64,000 nt of DNA from Neoconidiobolus thromboides FSU 785 (lineage: Eukaryota > Fungi > Entomophthoromycota). The notes below the pieces were generated by a model, which ran no database searches, was not told the DNA's origin, and was given only the letters and a program-made list of their open reading frames with translations. The DNA is taken from the NCBI GenBank assembly GCA_025603075.1, contig MU626278.1:1-64000 (forward strand). Direction: 5' to 3'. This document shows positions 28,227 through 39,644 of the stretch, piece by piece. How positions within the stretch are numbered: position 1 is the first letter of the stretch; each line of letters opens with the position of its first letter. Made by a program: the position numbers and the translations under genes.

Positions 28227-29384
28227 ATGACAATCCTTGGTACAATTAGACATAATTCTGCATTTGAAATTCAGCTACCTGAAAATGAGGTTTTGTTTTA
28301 TGGTCCAGCAAGTGAATGTAGTGGTAAAATATTACAAGGAACATTAATGGTAACTGCAAATGATAGTTTTAAAGTGCGTTCCATTAGTTTACATTTCATT
28401 GGTCGTGCACAGGTCCATTGGACAACAGGAGCCGGTACCCTTCAGAGGGTGTGCTCAGAAAACCGAATTTTAATAGAAAAACGATGGACTTTTTTACAAT
28501 CTCAAAAAAAATATCATACTTTAACACCAGGTCATTATTTTTATGATTTTGAAATTACCTTACCAGGTGATTTACCAGCTAGTTTAATCACTGATTATGC
28601 TTCTATTGAATATAAATTTAAAGCTATATTAGAAAGACCAACTTTTTCTTTAAATTATACCTCTCGTCAATATCTCACTATTAAAAGGGCATTATTACCA
28701 TCTGCACCAGTATTAACCGAATTAATTTATTTATCCGATACATGGAATAATAAATTACATTATGAAGTTTATTCCCCCAATAAAGCGTATGGATTAGCAG
28801 AAATCATACCCTTACAATTTAAATTATTAGCATTAGAAGAAGGGTTAAAAGTACAAACGATTACTTGTTTATTAAAAGAGTATATCACTGTATGGGCACG
28901 TGGAGAAGATGGTAATTTAGCAAGTAAATGTGATGGACGAGTTCAAGCAAGAAGTAGTAAAACATTACATTCACAAGATAGTGCTATTGAAACTGTAATT
29001 AACATTCAAATTCCATCAATTGAAGATGAAAATTGTCATGCTTTTATGGAATATGAATTAATTAAAGTGGAGCACAAAATCAAAGTATTATTAGTTTTAT
29101 CGGATTCTCAAGATCGATTACATCGTATTTTAGCTAAAGTTGGGGTTGTTGTACTTTCTATTAAAAGGCAAGACACCTTAAATGCATTACCGTTATATCA
29201 AAGTTTACCACAAGAAGAAGTGATTCCTATTATTGGTAATGGTTTTACTTCAAATACTTTGGATGGTATGGAAGAAGATGAACCTCATTTACCTTCATAT
29301 AAAACTCAATGGTGTCCATTACCTACTTTACCTTCTACTTCTTCACTACCTGGATATAATAATTCACCTGCGTTGAATATTTAG
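28227..29384 (+). CDS. Alpha-arrestin (ART/Rod1/CreD-like ubiquitin-ligase adaptor), intronless
   Basis: Arrestin_N (LQGTLMV...ISLHFIG...YDFEITLPGDLPASL...IEYKFKA), arrestin_C (IKVEHKIKVLL), and tail PY-like motifs LPLY, LPSY, LPGY. Confidence 0.88.
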   Translation: MTILGTIRHNSAFEIQLPENEVLFYGPASECSGKILQGTLMVTANDSFKVRSISLHFIGRAQVHWTTGAGTLQRVCSENRILIEKRWTFLQSQKKYHTLTPGHYFYDFEITLPGDLPASLITDYASIEYKFKAILERPTFSLNYTSRQYLTIKRALLPSAPVLTELIYLSDTWNNKLHYEVYSPNKAYGLAEIIPLQFKLLALEEGLKVQTITCLLKEYITVWARGEDGNLASKCDGRVQARSSKTLHSQDSAIETVINIQIPSIEDENCHAFMEYELIKVEHKIKVLLVLSDSQDRLHRILAKVGVVVLSIKRQDTLNALPLYQSLPQEEVIPIIGNGFTSNTLDGMEEDEPHLPSYKTQWCPLPTLPSTSSLPGYNNSPALNI

Positions 29385-29791
29385 ACCCTTGAGTGAAAAT
29401 AAGTTAGAACTCAAATTCTCCCCTCTTATATTATTTTAAATAATTTTTTCCTTAGTTTTTTTACCTCCTTTGTTCTCTTTTTCCTTTATTTACAAATTAG
29501 AAAGTATTAGTATTGCATAATAAAATGTATATTTAAATTTAATGTCTATGTTTATTTGTTTAGATTTGTATTCAGTTTACTATTATATAATATTCATATA
29601 GTATTTGGTTTTTATTATTATAATAAATTTTTGTTATTTTGAGTTTTATTAGTAAACCACTCTAATTTACTTATTTTAAAATTCTATTTAGACCAAGTTA
29701 ACCAAACCAATCAAAACAATAGTTTCAAATTCCGTTTTTTAGCATCAACAAAGAAATCGAAATCTATCGATTTTATTATATATTTGTAAGG

Positions 29792-31746
29792 ATGAAATTT
29801 TATACTAATGTATTAAAAACATCATCGTCCATTGTAAAAAGCGTATCAATCAAAAGATTCCACAATGTACGAGTATTTCAACAAGAACAACAACAAGAAG
29901 ATAGTTTAATTGATGTGATGAGAAAACAATTAGATATACAAGAAGAGGATTTACTGGAGGAGACAAAAAAGAATAAAAAGAAAAAGAAAAAGAAAAATGA
30001 TATGGAAGGTATTCAATTTTCGAAAATGAATTCAAGGAATTTTAAATTAAAATGTAAGTATATTGTTAATTAATTAATTTTTGATTAAATTTATCTTTTA
30101 TTTTTTTCGTTATAAATAGCAATGAAACAAAATGCTATTAAAGACTTACCACGATTAAAATTTGGCTTAGATAGAGCTTTATTTAAGTAAGTTTATTAGT
30201 TTTTATTTTCATAACTATTATTAATTAATTTCTGTTATCAGTCCTGGTGTTACTTATTTACAAGATCCCAATAGTAAAGTATATAATTTTGATCCATATT
30301 TAGAGTCTATTCTTGATATTGATGAGTTTAATTTTGATAAAATACAAGGTTATATACCTGCTGGTGAGGATGAGGTAAATTTATTATAAAAAAATAATTT
30401 TATACAAATTCGATTTTAATTAATATATATTTTTAGTTATTACAACAAATAGCTGCTAAAAATGATAAAAAATACATAGCGACCACATCTTCAATCACTA
30501 GATTATTATGCCATATCTCATTTGTTATTACTAATTGGAGAACTATTGATACTTCCACATTAGGATCTGAGTTTTCAAAAATGGTAAGTCAATTAAATTT
30601 TATTGAATTAGTTAATTAATAATAATTCAAAAAAGACAAAACGATATTCACGTACATTAACATGTCCATGTTCTATTGTCTTAGAACCCCATGAAAATGG
30701 AGTATATTCTATCAACAGTGATAAAAGTATGGAGAATGGAGATAGTGTATTAAGCAAATTAGGGCAATTAATGGAACGTATGTTAACCCAAGAACCGTCA
30801 GTATTTTCTAAATATTCACAATCCTCCAATTCATCCGTGGAAGAAATTGAAAAGAATTCAATCTATAATTATTCATTTTATGATAAATTTGCGTTGAGAT
30901 CTCAGTTAGATTGTATTCATCCTTGGCTACCAAAAAAAGTATTTGATTTAAAAACAAGAGCTGCATTGCCAATTCGATTAGATAAAGAAAATTATAAAGA
31001 TTATTTAGGTTATCAAATTAAATATTTAAATGGTAAAATGCAATCGTTTGAAAGAGAATATTATGATTTAATGAGATCTGCTTTTATGAAGTATAAGTAA
31101 GTCTATATAATAATAATAATAAAATAACATATTTATTTATTACTTTTATTTTAGTTATCAAGTACGTATAGGTAATATGGATGGGTGTATGGTAGCATAT
31201 CATAATACATCTCAGATCTTTGGATTTCAATATATAAGTTTAAAAGAAATGGATGAAAAATTGTTTGGAAATAGTATATTAGCAGATCAAACATTTGGTA
31301 ATTCAGTCCAATTATTACAACAAATATTAGATCGTATTACTTTTGATTATCCTAACAAAAAATTAATAGTTACATTAAAATCATTACAAGATTCTTTAAT
31401 ATTAGATATCTTTGTAAATGTAATTGAAAATGAAACTTTTAATCCTCATCCAGATAATTTAGTTATTAAGTATCAATTAATCTGTTATTCGGAAGTTAAT
31501 GGAGAAAAAGTAATTACTCCTATTGAATTAAATGATAAAAAGATGAAATGGGATATTCATTATGTTTTAAGAAAAGTAGAAGATAATCCATTAAATTTAT
31601 ATAATGATTATGTTAAATTAAGATTATTAATTGCTAATTTTTTTACGGGAGATTTAAGAAGTTTACCTTGGTTAAAACAATTAAGGAATTTAGTTTTAAA
31701 AAAGGATTTGGCTAAAGATAAGAGTAAAGTGCGAGTGTTTAGATAA
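29792..31746 (+). CDS. PET127: Mitochondrial 5'-3' RNA exonuclease PET127, multi-exon
   Basis: LKFGLDRALF, PGV..LQDP.S..YNFD, STSSIT-like TTSSIT, LRSQLDC, FDLKTRAA, FEREYYDLMRSAFMKY, VRIGNMDGCMVAYHNT..IFGFQYISL.EMD. Confidence 0.92.
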
Positions 31747-32059
31747 AAAAATCAAGTTGAGGTTTATTTAATTAGGTGAAAAGTAAAGATTACTAATAGA
31801 TTATATGAGATTAAAATTATTATTAATTGTTTAATAAAGAATAAAAATTATAGAATATAAAAATTAATTTAAGTTAGACATTTTAAAAAATTTTAATCTT
31901 CAATATTTAATACTTATTTTATAAAATATTCAAAAATTTAATTTTTAATAAGACAGAGAGAAAGAATCAATTGCAAGAAAACACACTATTAAAAAACATT
32001 TGTAACATAAAAAACAATTCAACTTCAATATTAATCATCTAACTAAATTCCTATTATTC

Positions 32060-35000
32060 TTATTCCCATTCATCGTCTTCCATCTTTTGTTGGATTTGTC
32101 GATATTTGCTTATTGCATTCTTTTTTTTCTTTTTACCCTTTGTATTACTAATAGTATTAATATTATCCGAATGTTGAGTCAACATTATATTAGGACTATT
32201 ATTCACATTATTAGATTCAGGACTATTCATTCCACTATTAGTGGTTTGTTGTTGACTTCCTAAAGTTGATAATAATAAAGACATTTGTTGTTGCAATTGA
32301 TTTAATTGATATTCCATTTTAATCATTTCTGAGGTTTTTTCTTCATTTGGAAATTCCAATTTATTGGAATTAATGGGTTGTTGTTGTAAAGATCGTTGTA
32401 AAGGTTGTTGAGGTTGAGGTTGAGGTTGAGATTGAATATTATTAGTTTCTATTTTTAACTCTTTTTTTGGAATTTCTACTGACTTATCGGTGATTTCAGC
32501 TCCTTGTTTATTATTGAGTTTTATCGATTTATCGATGGTCTCACTATATTGTTTATTATTATCGACTTTATTTTCTTTTTTAAAAATATCTTCCATTTCC
32601 TCCTTACTTTTCGCACTTTCATCATCCTTAATACTGTTCGTTTTAACCCTAAACGATCCTTTACTTCTTACATTTGTTCTAACTCTACTCGATTTGACTC
32701 TTTTAATACTTAATCTTTTTAATGAATTAAATCGAATAAGATCTTCTTCTGGTGTAAATGTACCAGAAGATTGTTGTGGATTTAAATCCGTTTTCCATTG
32801 ATATTGTTCTTCATTATTATTGTCATTATTTGTGTTATTATCATCAAATAGCCCATATAAATTAGTTAATTCTTTTTCAAATAAATTGTTACTAGTAGAG
32901 GTAGTGGTCACGGGATTAAAAACTTCAAATATGGGGGAATCAATTAATGAGGTCTCATTGAAAGGGATTTCTTGAGGTTCTTTAATTTCTTTGTGGTGGG
33001 GTTCTTTAATTTCCTTTTCTTTTTGCAAAACTTGCAAAACTTCTTTTTCCTTCTCAATTTCCTTCACATCCTTTTTAAATTCAAATGTGTTACCATTACT
33101 CTCTTCATTATTAGAATAAGAGGAATATCTCATATATTCATTATTAATTGGTAATCTTTTACCAATTTGATATTGTGTTTCATTACCAACAATAGTATGC
33201 GGACGTGAATCCAATTCTTTGTGTAATTTAATTTCACTGGCATTCATCGTTTTATATCCTCGGAAAAAGGCACTTGAAGTGTCTGAATCTTCTCTTTTAC
33301 TTGATAATTCTTTTTCTATTGAAGATATTAGTTAAACACTATTTATAATCAATTATTATTCATTTACCTTCAACTTTTTCACTGTTTATTGATTTAGATT
33401 CTTTATTTAATTCTATTTATTTAAATTAATATTAATTATTAGTACTATCAACTAATTAACTTACCATTTGGTTGTTTCACTACGGTAAATGCTTTATTTT
33501 GTACATTAACTCGTTGTTTTATTGGTTGAATTTGAGAAGTGAGCGATGTTGGGGAGGGTAGATCTAAAATAATATTAATAATTAAATACAAAATTACAAA
33601 ATCATTTAAAGTACCATAATTAATATTTTCAGCTGATAAATCTAAATAAAATTTCTATTTAAGCATATATAAAATAAAAATAATCAACTGATTTTTACTT
33701 TTAAAATTATTTTTGCTGTTTGAAGCATAATTGATATCTCCTTCTGAATGACTAGTTAATAATGGATGATCATAATCTAAATAAATATATATTAATCAAT
33801 ATTTTAACTCAACAAAAGAATCAACTTTAATCTTACCATTAATATTTTCATTACTATTATTATTATTGTTATTATTAATACTTTCGTTACTTAAATTATC
33901 ATTATTATTGTTATTATTCAAGTTAGTATTATTATTGTTATTTTCATTATTATCATGTGATTTCAGACCCTCATTATTAGGTAATGGATCCATCCAAGAA
34001 GATGGATGGGAAATATAGATGGGTAGATCAACGGCTAAATCTTTACTATAAAATAAAATAAAATAAAATATATTAATATATTCTGTTATAAGTTTACCTC
34101 ATATTACATAATACAGCTACTTGTAACATGTAATTTACTTTTAATAAAGAAGTGAATCTTAAAGATAATAAATCATACTAAAATTAATAAATTAATAAAT
34201 AAATTAAATTAAAAATAATTATAATAAATCAAATAAAACTTACTGGTATCGGGATAGCACATAAGTATTCAATCGAATCATTAGGTTCTACTTTAATATC
34301 TTCTTCCTTAATAATTTTATCATAAACAGATCTTAATGGATCCATTACTTTGTTTGCAGGCTCATCTGGTGTAACAATACTTTGTAATAATGAAAGTCGA
34401 ATTCCTTGAACCTGTAAAACAAAAAAAACAAGTTGATTAATTTTCTATTCTTTAAAAAGGTATGAATTTCAAATTTACCTTTTTACTTGTCCTATTACAA
34501 ATAAAGAGCTTACAATAACCCAATCCCCCTGCTACTAATAAAGAACTTTGTAACTCACATTCTAATTCTAAAGGCATTTTCCCTCCCAAAAATAATCGTT
34601 TTCTAGATTCTGCTTTAATACCATGTTCTCGATAAATTTTGACTTCTTTATCTTCCCATCGTTCATAAATCACTACCTTTCTTGATTTCTTCAATTCTTC
34701 TTTTAAGATACCCGCTTTAAGTTCAATTTTTCTATAAGTGAAAACGAGATTAAAATCAATAGAATAAAATAACATCATTGACTTACCCTTCTAATTCGTA
34801 TTCTACTTTACCACTGTTGGTGGAAATACTATTGGGTAAGTTAGAAGCTAATTTTAACATGAAAGGTAAAATTGCCCGTCCTCTTTTCATAGTCCAATAA
34901 CCTTCATGATCTATATAAAATTATAAGTTGGTATTAATAAAATAATTTACAAATAATAATTTAAAGTAGATACTTACCATGACCTTTAGTTAAATCAACA

Positions 35001-35503
35001 CAATTACTCGGATGTTCAAAATCTTGTAATAATAATCGAGTACGATAAAATAATTTTTTGATTTCTTTTTGGGTAGAATAAATTTCTATTTAGAAAAATA
35101 ATAATTAATCCAAAATCCAAAATAAGAAAACTTTAGTTTCTGTTAATAAAAACTTACCTTCATATCCCGTTAATGTCAAGCCAATCTGTTTAATTTTAAT
35201 AGCTTCTTTGTTCAAATTAACAATCTCTAATCTACCCTTCAATACTTGATTAGCATTAACAAAAGGGCTATCATATAACACTTTAACTTTCAATCTACCA
35301 GTACCCTTATTATTATTGTTATTATTTAAACTTGAATTTGAGATACTAGAAACTGAAGATGCAGTGATGGCATTTTTTGCTATAGAGCCAAAAGATACTT
35401 TTTTTCTATGTTGTTGATAATGAGCAGATTCAGATTTTAAATTCAATTGTTGTTTGCTTTTTTTACCTAAAGTAGTGACAAAGGGTAAGTTGGGGGTTTC
35501 CAT
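32060..35503 (-). CDS. Arrestin-domain protein with long disordered/coiled C-terminus, multi-exon (start uncertain)
   Basis: KVLYDSPFVNANQVLKGRLEI...IKQIGLTLTGYE (arrestin_N), LPFMLKL..NLPNSI...VEY, ESRKRLFLGG..LELECEL...CKLFICNRTSKKV (arrestin_C). The reading frame stays open for ~30 codons upstream of ATG 35503. Confidence 0.65.
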
Positions 35504-36597
35504 TACAGTTCTAGGAGGAAAGATTGGGGATTCTATAACTGGTGGCTTAGCTAAGCAATTTAATGAGGTGCAAGTTGGGAGCTTTATGATGTTTATATTA
35601 GTAAGGGATTAATTTTAACTTGAGTTTGGGGTTTTCGAGAGAGCGTTTATATTTGATTACAAAAGAATGGAATAAAAGGAACTTTGAATTTTTTAAATTT
35701 TTGAGTTTATTAACTTCAATTAAGCAAGAATTGGAACTTCTGTAAGCATTGGGTCATGGATTTGACTAGAATTCAATTGAAGTTAAAAATAGAAATTTGG
35801 TTGGGTTAAAAATAGTTTCCACTAAAGTTTTTGAAGTTTAAAAATAATGCCAAGTGAAAAAATTCTCAATTTATTAAATGTGTTAGCATTTGGAGTGACA
35901 ATTATACAAGCATGTGGTTTTTTTCATATTAATTTCATTTAAAATTTTAGGGATCATGAATTAAAATAATATTAATTTAATGTTATTGAATTCAATAATT
36001 AAAATTTATGTTATTTAGATATAGTAATTGATATTAAAAATAAATATTTAAATTGTATAAATAGTTTATTTTGATTTTATAAATAAATTCTTTTAAAAAA
36101 TTACAAAATTCAATTTTTACATTAAAATGATCTAATAAATTAAAACTATCTACGGTTGATTAATATATATATGTTTTACATTACTTAGCTGCAATAGCTA
36201 ATTTTCCACTAAGTGAGCTTATCTATTATCTGAGTTATTTTTTTCTATTTATTGAAAAGAAATTAACTTTAAAAATTTTATTCTCTTCACTAAAAAGAAT
36301 AAATGAGTATGTCAGTTTATCTAGAAGATTGAGATTGGTAGTAATTTCTAGAAAAAAGTTGACTAAATTACGGTTGTTTTTTTCGCTAAAATATATATAA
36401 AGTAGAGTACTCAGGTTTATTTTTAAATTAAAGATAAATAAAATTCTTGTGTAAATAAATGGTTCGAATAGTTAGTTTACACTTGAAAGACTAACCAGCA
36501 ATTATAACTCTAATGATGACTATAAAAAAAACTTTCGAATACTTATTGATCCTTCAATCACTCTTAATATGGCTTTTGCATAACTCTCAGTTTCATA

Positions 36598-36697
36598 AGG
36601 AGATGTCTTTTATGTTTAAGAATTTTACTAACAAATTTTCTGCTCAAATAGTGCTTAAAAGGATGGAAAAAGTAGTGAAGCCAAAAAAACATCCCCA
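36598..36697 (+). mobile_element. MITE family A, copy F
   Basis: ta|AGGAGATGTCTTTT...CTGCTCAAATAGTGCTTAAAAGG...CAAAAAAACATCCCCA|ta. Confidence 0.8.
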
Positions 36698-36983
36698 TAA
36701 CTTATCATAAATTACTTTATGTTATATATATTTAACCGAGTTGTTCTTAAATTAATAAAAGAATGTTTAATTTATTTTATTATAATACATATTGTAAATT
36801 AGCAGAGTTTCCATTAAAATTTAATGAAAATTCCCACATTAATAAGGATTTTATTGATATAATCTATGTATTAATATTAGTTAAAGCTATAATATGTAAA
36901 CATATATTTATATTTCTAAAACTTAAGAAATGTTTATTGACTGCTTTATAGTCAACGTTACAGGTTTGGTATTAAACGAATTA

Positions 36984-37082
36984 GGAAGGTGTTTTTTATT
37001 TCATTACTTTTGTATTTTTTTAAGCACTATTTGAGCGGAAAATTTGTTAGTAAAATTCTTAAACACAAAAACACATCCTCCA
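36984..37082 (-). mobile_element. MITE family A, copy G
   Basis: Reverse copy: ...AAGCACTATTTGAGCGGAAAATTTGTTAGTAAAATTCTTAAACACAAAAACACATCCTCCA|ta. Confidence 0.8.
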
Positions 37083-37413
37083 TATTTACATTTATATTTT
37101 ATTAGATGTGATAATAAATTATATTCTTGTCCAGTATTTAATAAATCAAAAGTATCTAATATAATTTTAACTAAATTTATAAATTTTACAAATAGAAAAA
37201 TAAAGATTAACCTCGGTTTATTTTATAAAGAATGATAATAATTTAAAACCTTTAATGTTTATTAAGGAAGTATTTTATCAAATAATAAAAATAAGTTATT
37301 AAACATTAATATCATTTAAGTTATTAATGTTTAAACTGGTAAATAATTAGAAAACAAATAGTTATAGTAGTAAACAAAAATTATTATTATATTGCTTGTA
37401 TTATATAAAGATA

Positions 37414-37492
37414 TAAGGATGTATTTTTGTATTTAAGAATTTTACCAACAAATTTTCCGCTCAAATAATGAAGTCAAAAAAAAACACTCCCA
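37414..37492 (+). mobile_element. MITE family A, copy H (internal ~23-bp deletion)
   Basis: CCGCTCAAATA joined directly to ATGAAGTCAAAAAAAACACTCCCA; otherwise close to copy A. Confidence 0.8.
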
Positions 37493-37494
37493 TA

Positions 37495-37581
37495 TGTTTT
37501 TTTGCCTAAAAATTTTATTATAGTTATTTTACTCAAATAGCATTTAAATAAAAAAGTGATAAAATTAAAAAAAAACTCTCA
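37495..37581 (+). mobile_element. MITE family A, copy I (degenerate, abuts copy H)
   Basis: TGTTTTTTTTGCC...TTTTACTCAAATAGCATTTAAA...AAAAACTCTCA|ta. Confidence 0.55.
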
Positions 37582-37869
37582 TATAAAGAGAGTTAATTAT
37601 AGCTTTGAAGCTAATTATTTTTTTATACAACTATTTATTAACTTGGTAATATTTAATAATATAGCTATAATATTAAAATTGTTTCTTTATTTAATAGTAA
37701 ATCTGCAATATTAGCTATAAAACAGTCAATAGTAAATACTTTTTAATAAGGTTTTATAAAAAGATGTATTTATATACTAATTTTAACTAATTTTAATATA
37801 TAATCTATATTAATAAATTTTTTTCTAATCTGACAATTTTTATTCAACTTAATAAAAACTCTACTAACT

Positions 37870-37977
37870 TAAATACAAAAATACATTCCCATATTATAAG
37901 AATTTTACTACCAAGTTTTCCACTCAAATAGCGCTTAAAAGATGGAAAAAGTAATGAAGCCAAAAAAAACATCCCCA
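37870..37977 (+). mobile_element. MITE family A, copy J (left end inverted in place)
   Basis: TAAATACAAAAATACATTCCCATA (reverse complement of the left end), then AAGAATTTTACTACCAAG...CATCCCCA|ta. Confidence 0.8.
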
Positions 37978-38014
37978 TATAGTAATATATATATCATTTA
38001 TTAAACAATAAATA

Positions 38015-38111
38015 TGGGGATGCATTTTTTTGCTTAAGATTTTACTAACTTTTCTATTCAAATAGAGCATAAAAAATGAAAAAAGCGATGAAACCAAAAA
38101 AGACACTCTCA
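38015..38111 (+). mobile_element. MITE family A, copy K
   Basis: ta|TGGGGATGCATTTTTTTG...TTCAAATAGAGCATAAAA...AGACACTCTCA|ta. Confidence 0.75.
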
Positions 38112-38221
38112 TATAATACCACTTTATATTGCTAACTTTAATATCATGTTGACAATAAAAACAATATTCTAAATAGCCATTATAAAAAATTTCTGGTAGT
38201 ACTGGCATACACTATACTATA

Positions 38222-38319
38222 TGGAAGTGTTTTTTTGGCTTCATTATTTTTTCCATCTTTTAAGCGCTATTTGAGTGGAAAACTTGGTAGTAAAATTCTT
38301 AAACAAAAAAATATCCCCA
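38222..38319 (-). mobile_element. MITE family A, copy L
   Basis: ta|TGGAAGTGTTTTTTTGGC...AAGCGCTATTTGAGTGGAAAACTTGGTAG...ATATCCCCA|ta. Confidence 0.85.
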
Positions 38320-39047
38320 TATGGTTGTTTATTGTATAGTACACAATATTAATTAAAATTATATTTTCTAAATACATGATAGCCTAAAAGTTAATAGCAG
38401 GTTTCTTACACAAATGCAGGAGTATAATAAGGTAGGCTAATCATCAAGCCTGTTACACAAATATCAGAGTTATTTACGAATACCACTTCGAAGAGTGGAT
38501 AACTACTAATAATCTTCGGCCTAATTTGAGATCAATTTTTAATATTATAAATAAGACCAAGCTTACCTTTGATCAAAAGCAGCTATCCGAAAAAGAATGC
38601 ACCCAAAGAAGTGATACAATTGAAATTTTATATAATAAAAGTAAGATTCCTGTTCTTGTATATAAACTAGGTACTATGAGTAAGCGTAAAGATTTTGGTG
38701 AGGAGAGATGAAATAGGGGCTTAAGGATATTCATTGATTCGAATCAATCAGAATAGCTTTAAAGCAGTACTTTTATAATAATGTTAGTCCTGTGACTTCC
38801 AATATTAAGGGGAAAATCGTTTGAAAGGTTTAAAACATCAACCTTTTCTGAAAATATAAAGAGGCATAAGTTGTAATATAAAACAATAGATAATAAAGTA
38901 AAAAACTAATTTTAAAATTTTATTGTCAGAGTGAAAAGCTATACAAAAGTAAAAAAGGTTAAAACAAATCAATTGTTTATACTTTTTTTTATACCATTAT
39001 AGATTAAGTAATGTATGGAGAAATAGAGTAAACAATGATTGTGTTAT

Positions 39048-39644
39048 TTAGTCTATTTTATTCCCGCAACAAGAACAAAAAGATGCTGCATTTTTGGATT
39101 CATTATTATCAGTATTGGTAACAGCGGTGACTTTTTGGACAATTTTCTTATCAATGTAACCCTTTTGGTTTCTACGCCAGATCACTTTGTTTAAATAACC
39201 GACAAATACAGACCAAACTAAATAAGGTACTAATAGTTTAGCAGCAGTATCATCAATAGATTCAAATATGACCACAGTGGTAATTAAAGAAAGTAAAGAT
39301 AAAGCTTGGGTAAATAGAGCTAAAATGTTACTTTTCAACTTAAAAAATGCTGTAGGCCATACAAAGGAAAAAAACAACTGAATAGCATAAAGTAACAATG
39401 CTGTTTTAATACCTAAATCCTGTTCCATACTTGCATTAAAGACTAAATAACTACTAATCCCCATTAGGCCATAAAATAAGGTTTGTAATGGCCTTAATAC
39501 AAAGTGAGGTGGCGCCCATATCGGCTTATTTATACTATTATAATATTCTCTTCCTTGGCTAATAGCACTGGTACTAATAAAACCTGCGACTTGGGGGATA
39601 CCAATAAACGTTGTTACTAAAATAATGTCACTTGCGATACTCAT
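39048..39644 (-). CDS. TSPO: TspO/MBR family translocator protein (intronless)
   Basis: ATG at 39644 (MSIASDII). YYNSINKPIWAPP..V....LFYGLMG, YAIQL....VWPTAFF, AAKLLVPYLVWSVFVGYLN. Five hydrophobic segments. Confidence 0.9.
   Translation of the reverse strand: MSIASDIILVTTFIGIPQVAGFISTSAISQGREYYNSINKPIWAPPHFVLRPLQTLFYGLMGISSYLVFNASMEQDLGIKTALLLYAIQLFFSFVWPTAFFKLKSNILALFTQALSLLSLITTVVIFESIDDTAAKLLVPYLVWSVFVGYLNKVIWRRNQKGYIDKKIVQKVTAVTNTDNNESKNAASFCSCCGNKID

Noticed and set aside
36455-36475. GGTTCGAAT resembling a tRNA T-loop/B-box
   Set aside because: No T-stem, acceptor stem or cloverleaf in the flanks.
37924-38208. 94-aa ORF on the minus strand
   Set aside because: Built from MITE copies J and K plus spacer; no protein features.
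36598-38319. Repeat cluster as a CRISPR-like array
   Set aside because: Eukaryotic context, ~100-bp units in both orientations with TIRs and TA flanks, irregular spacing, and no cas genes.
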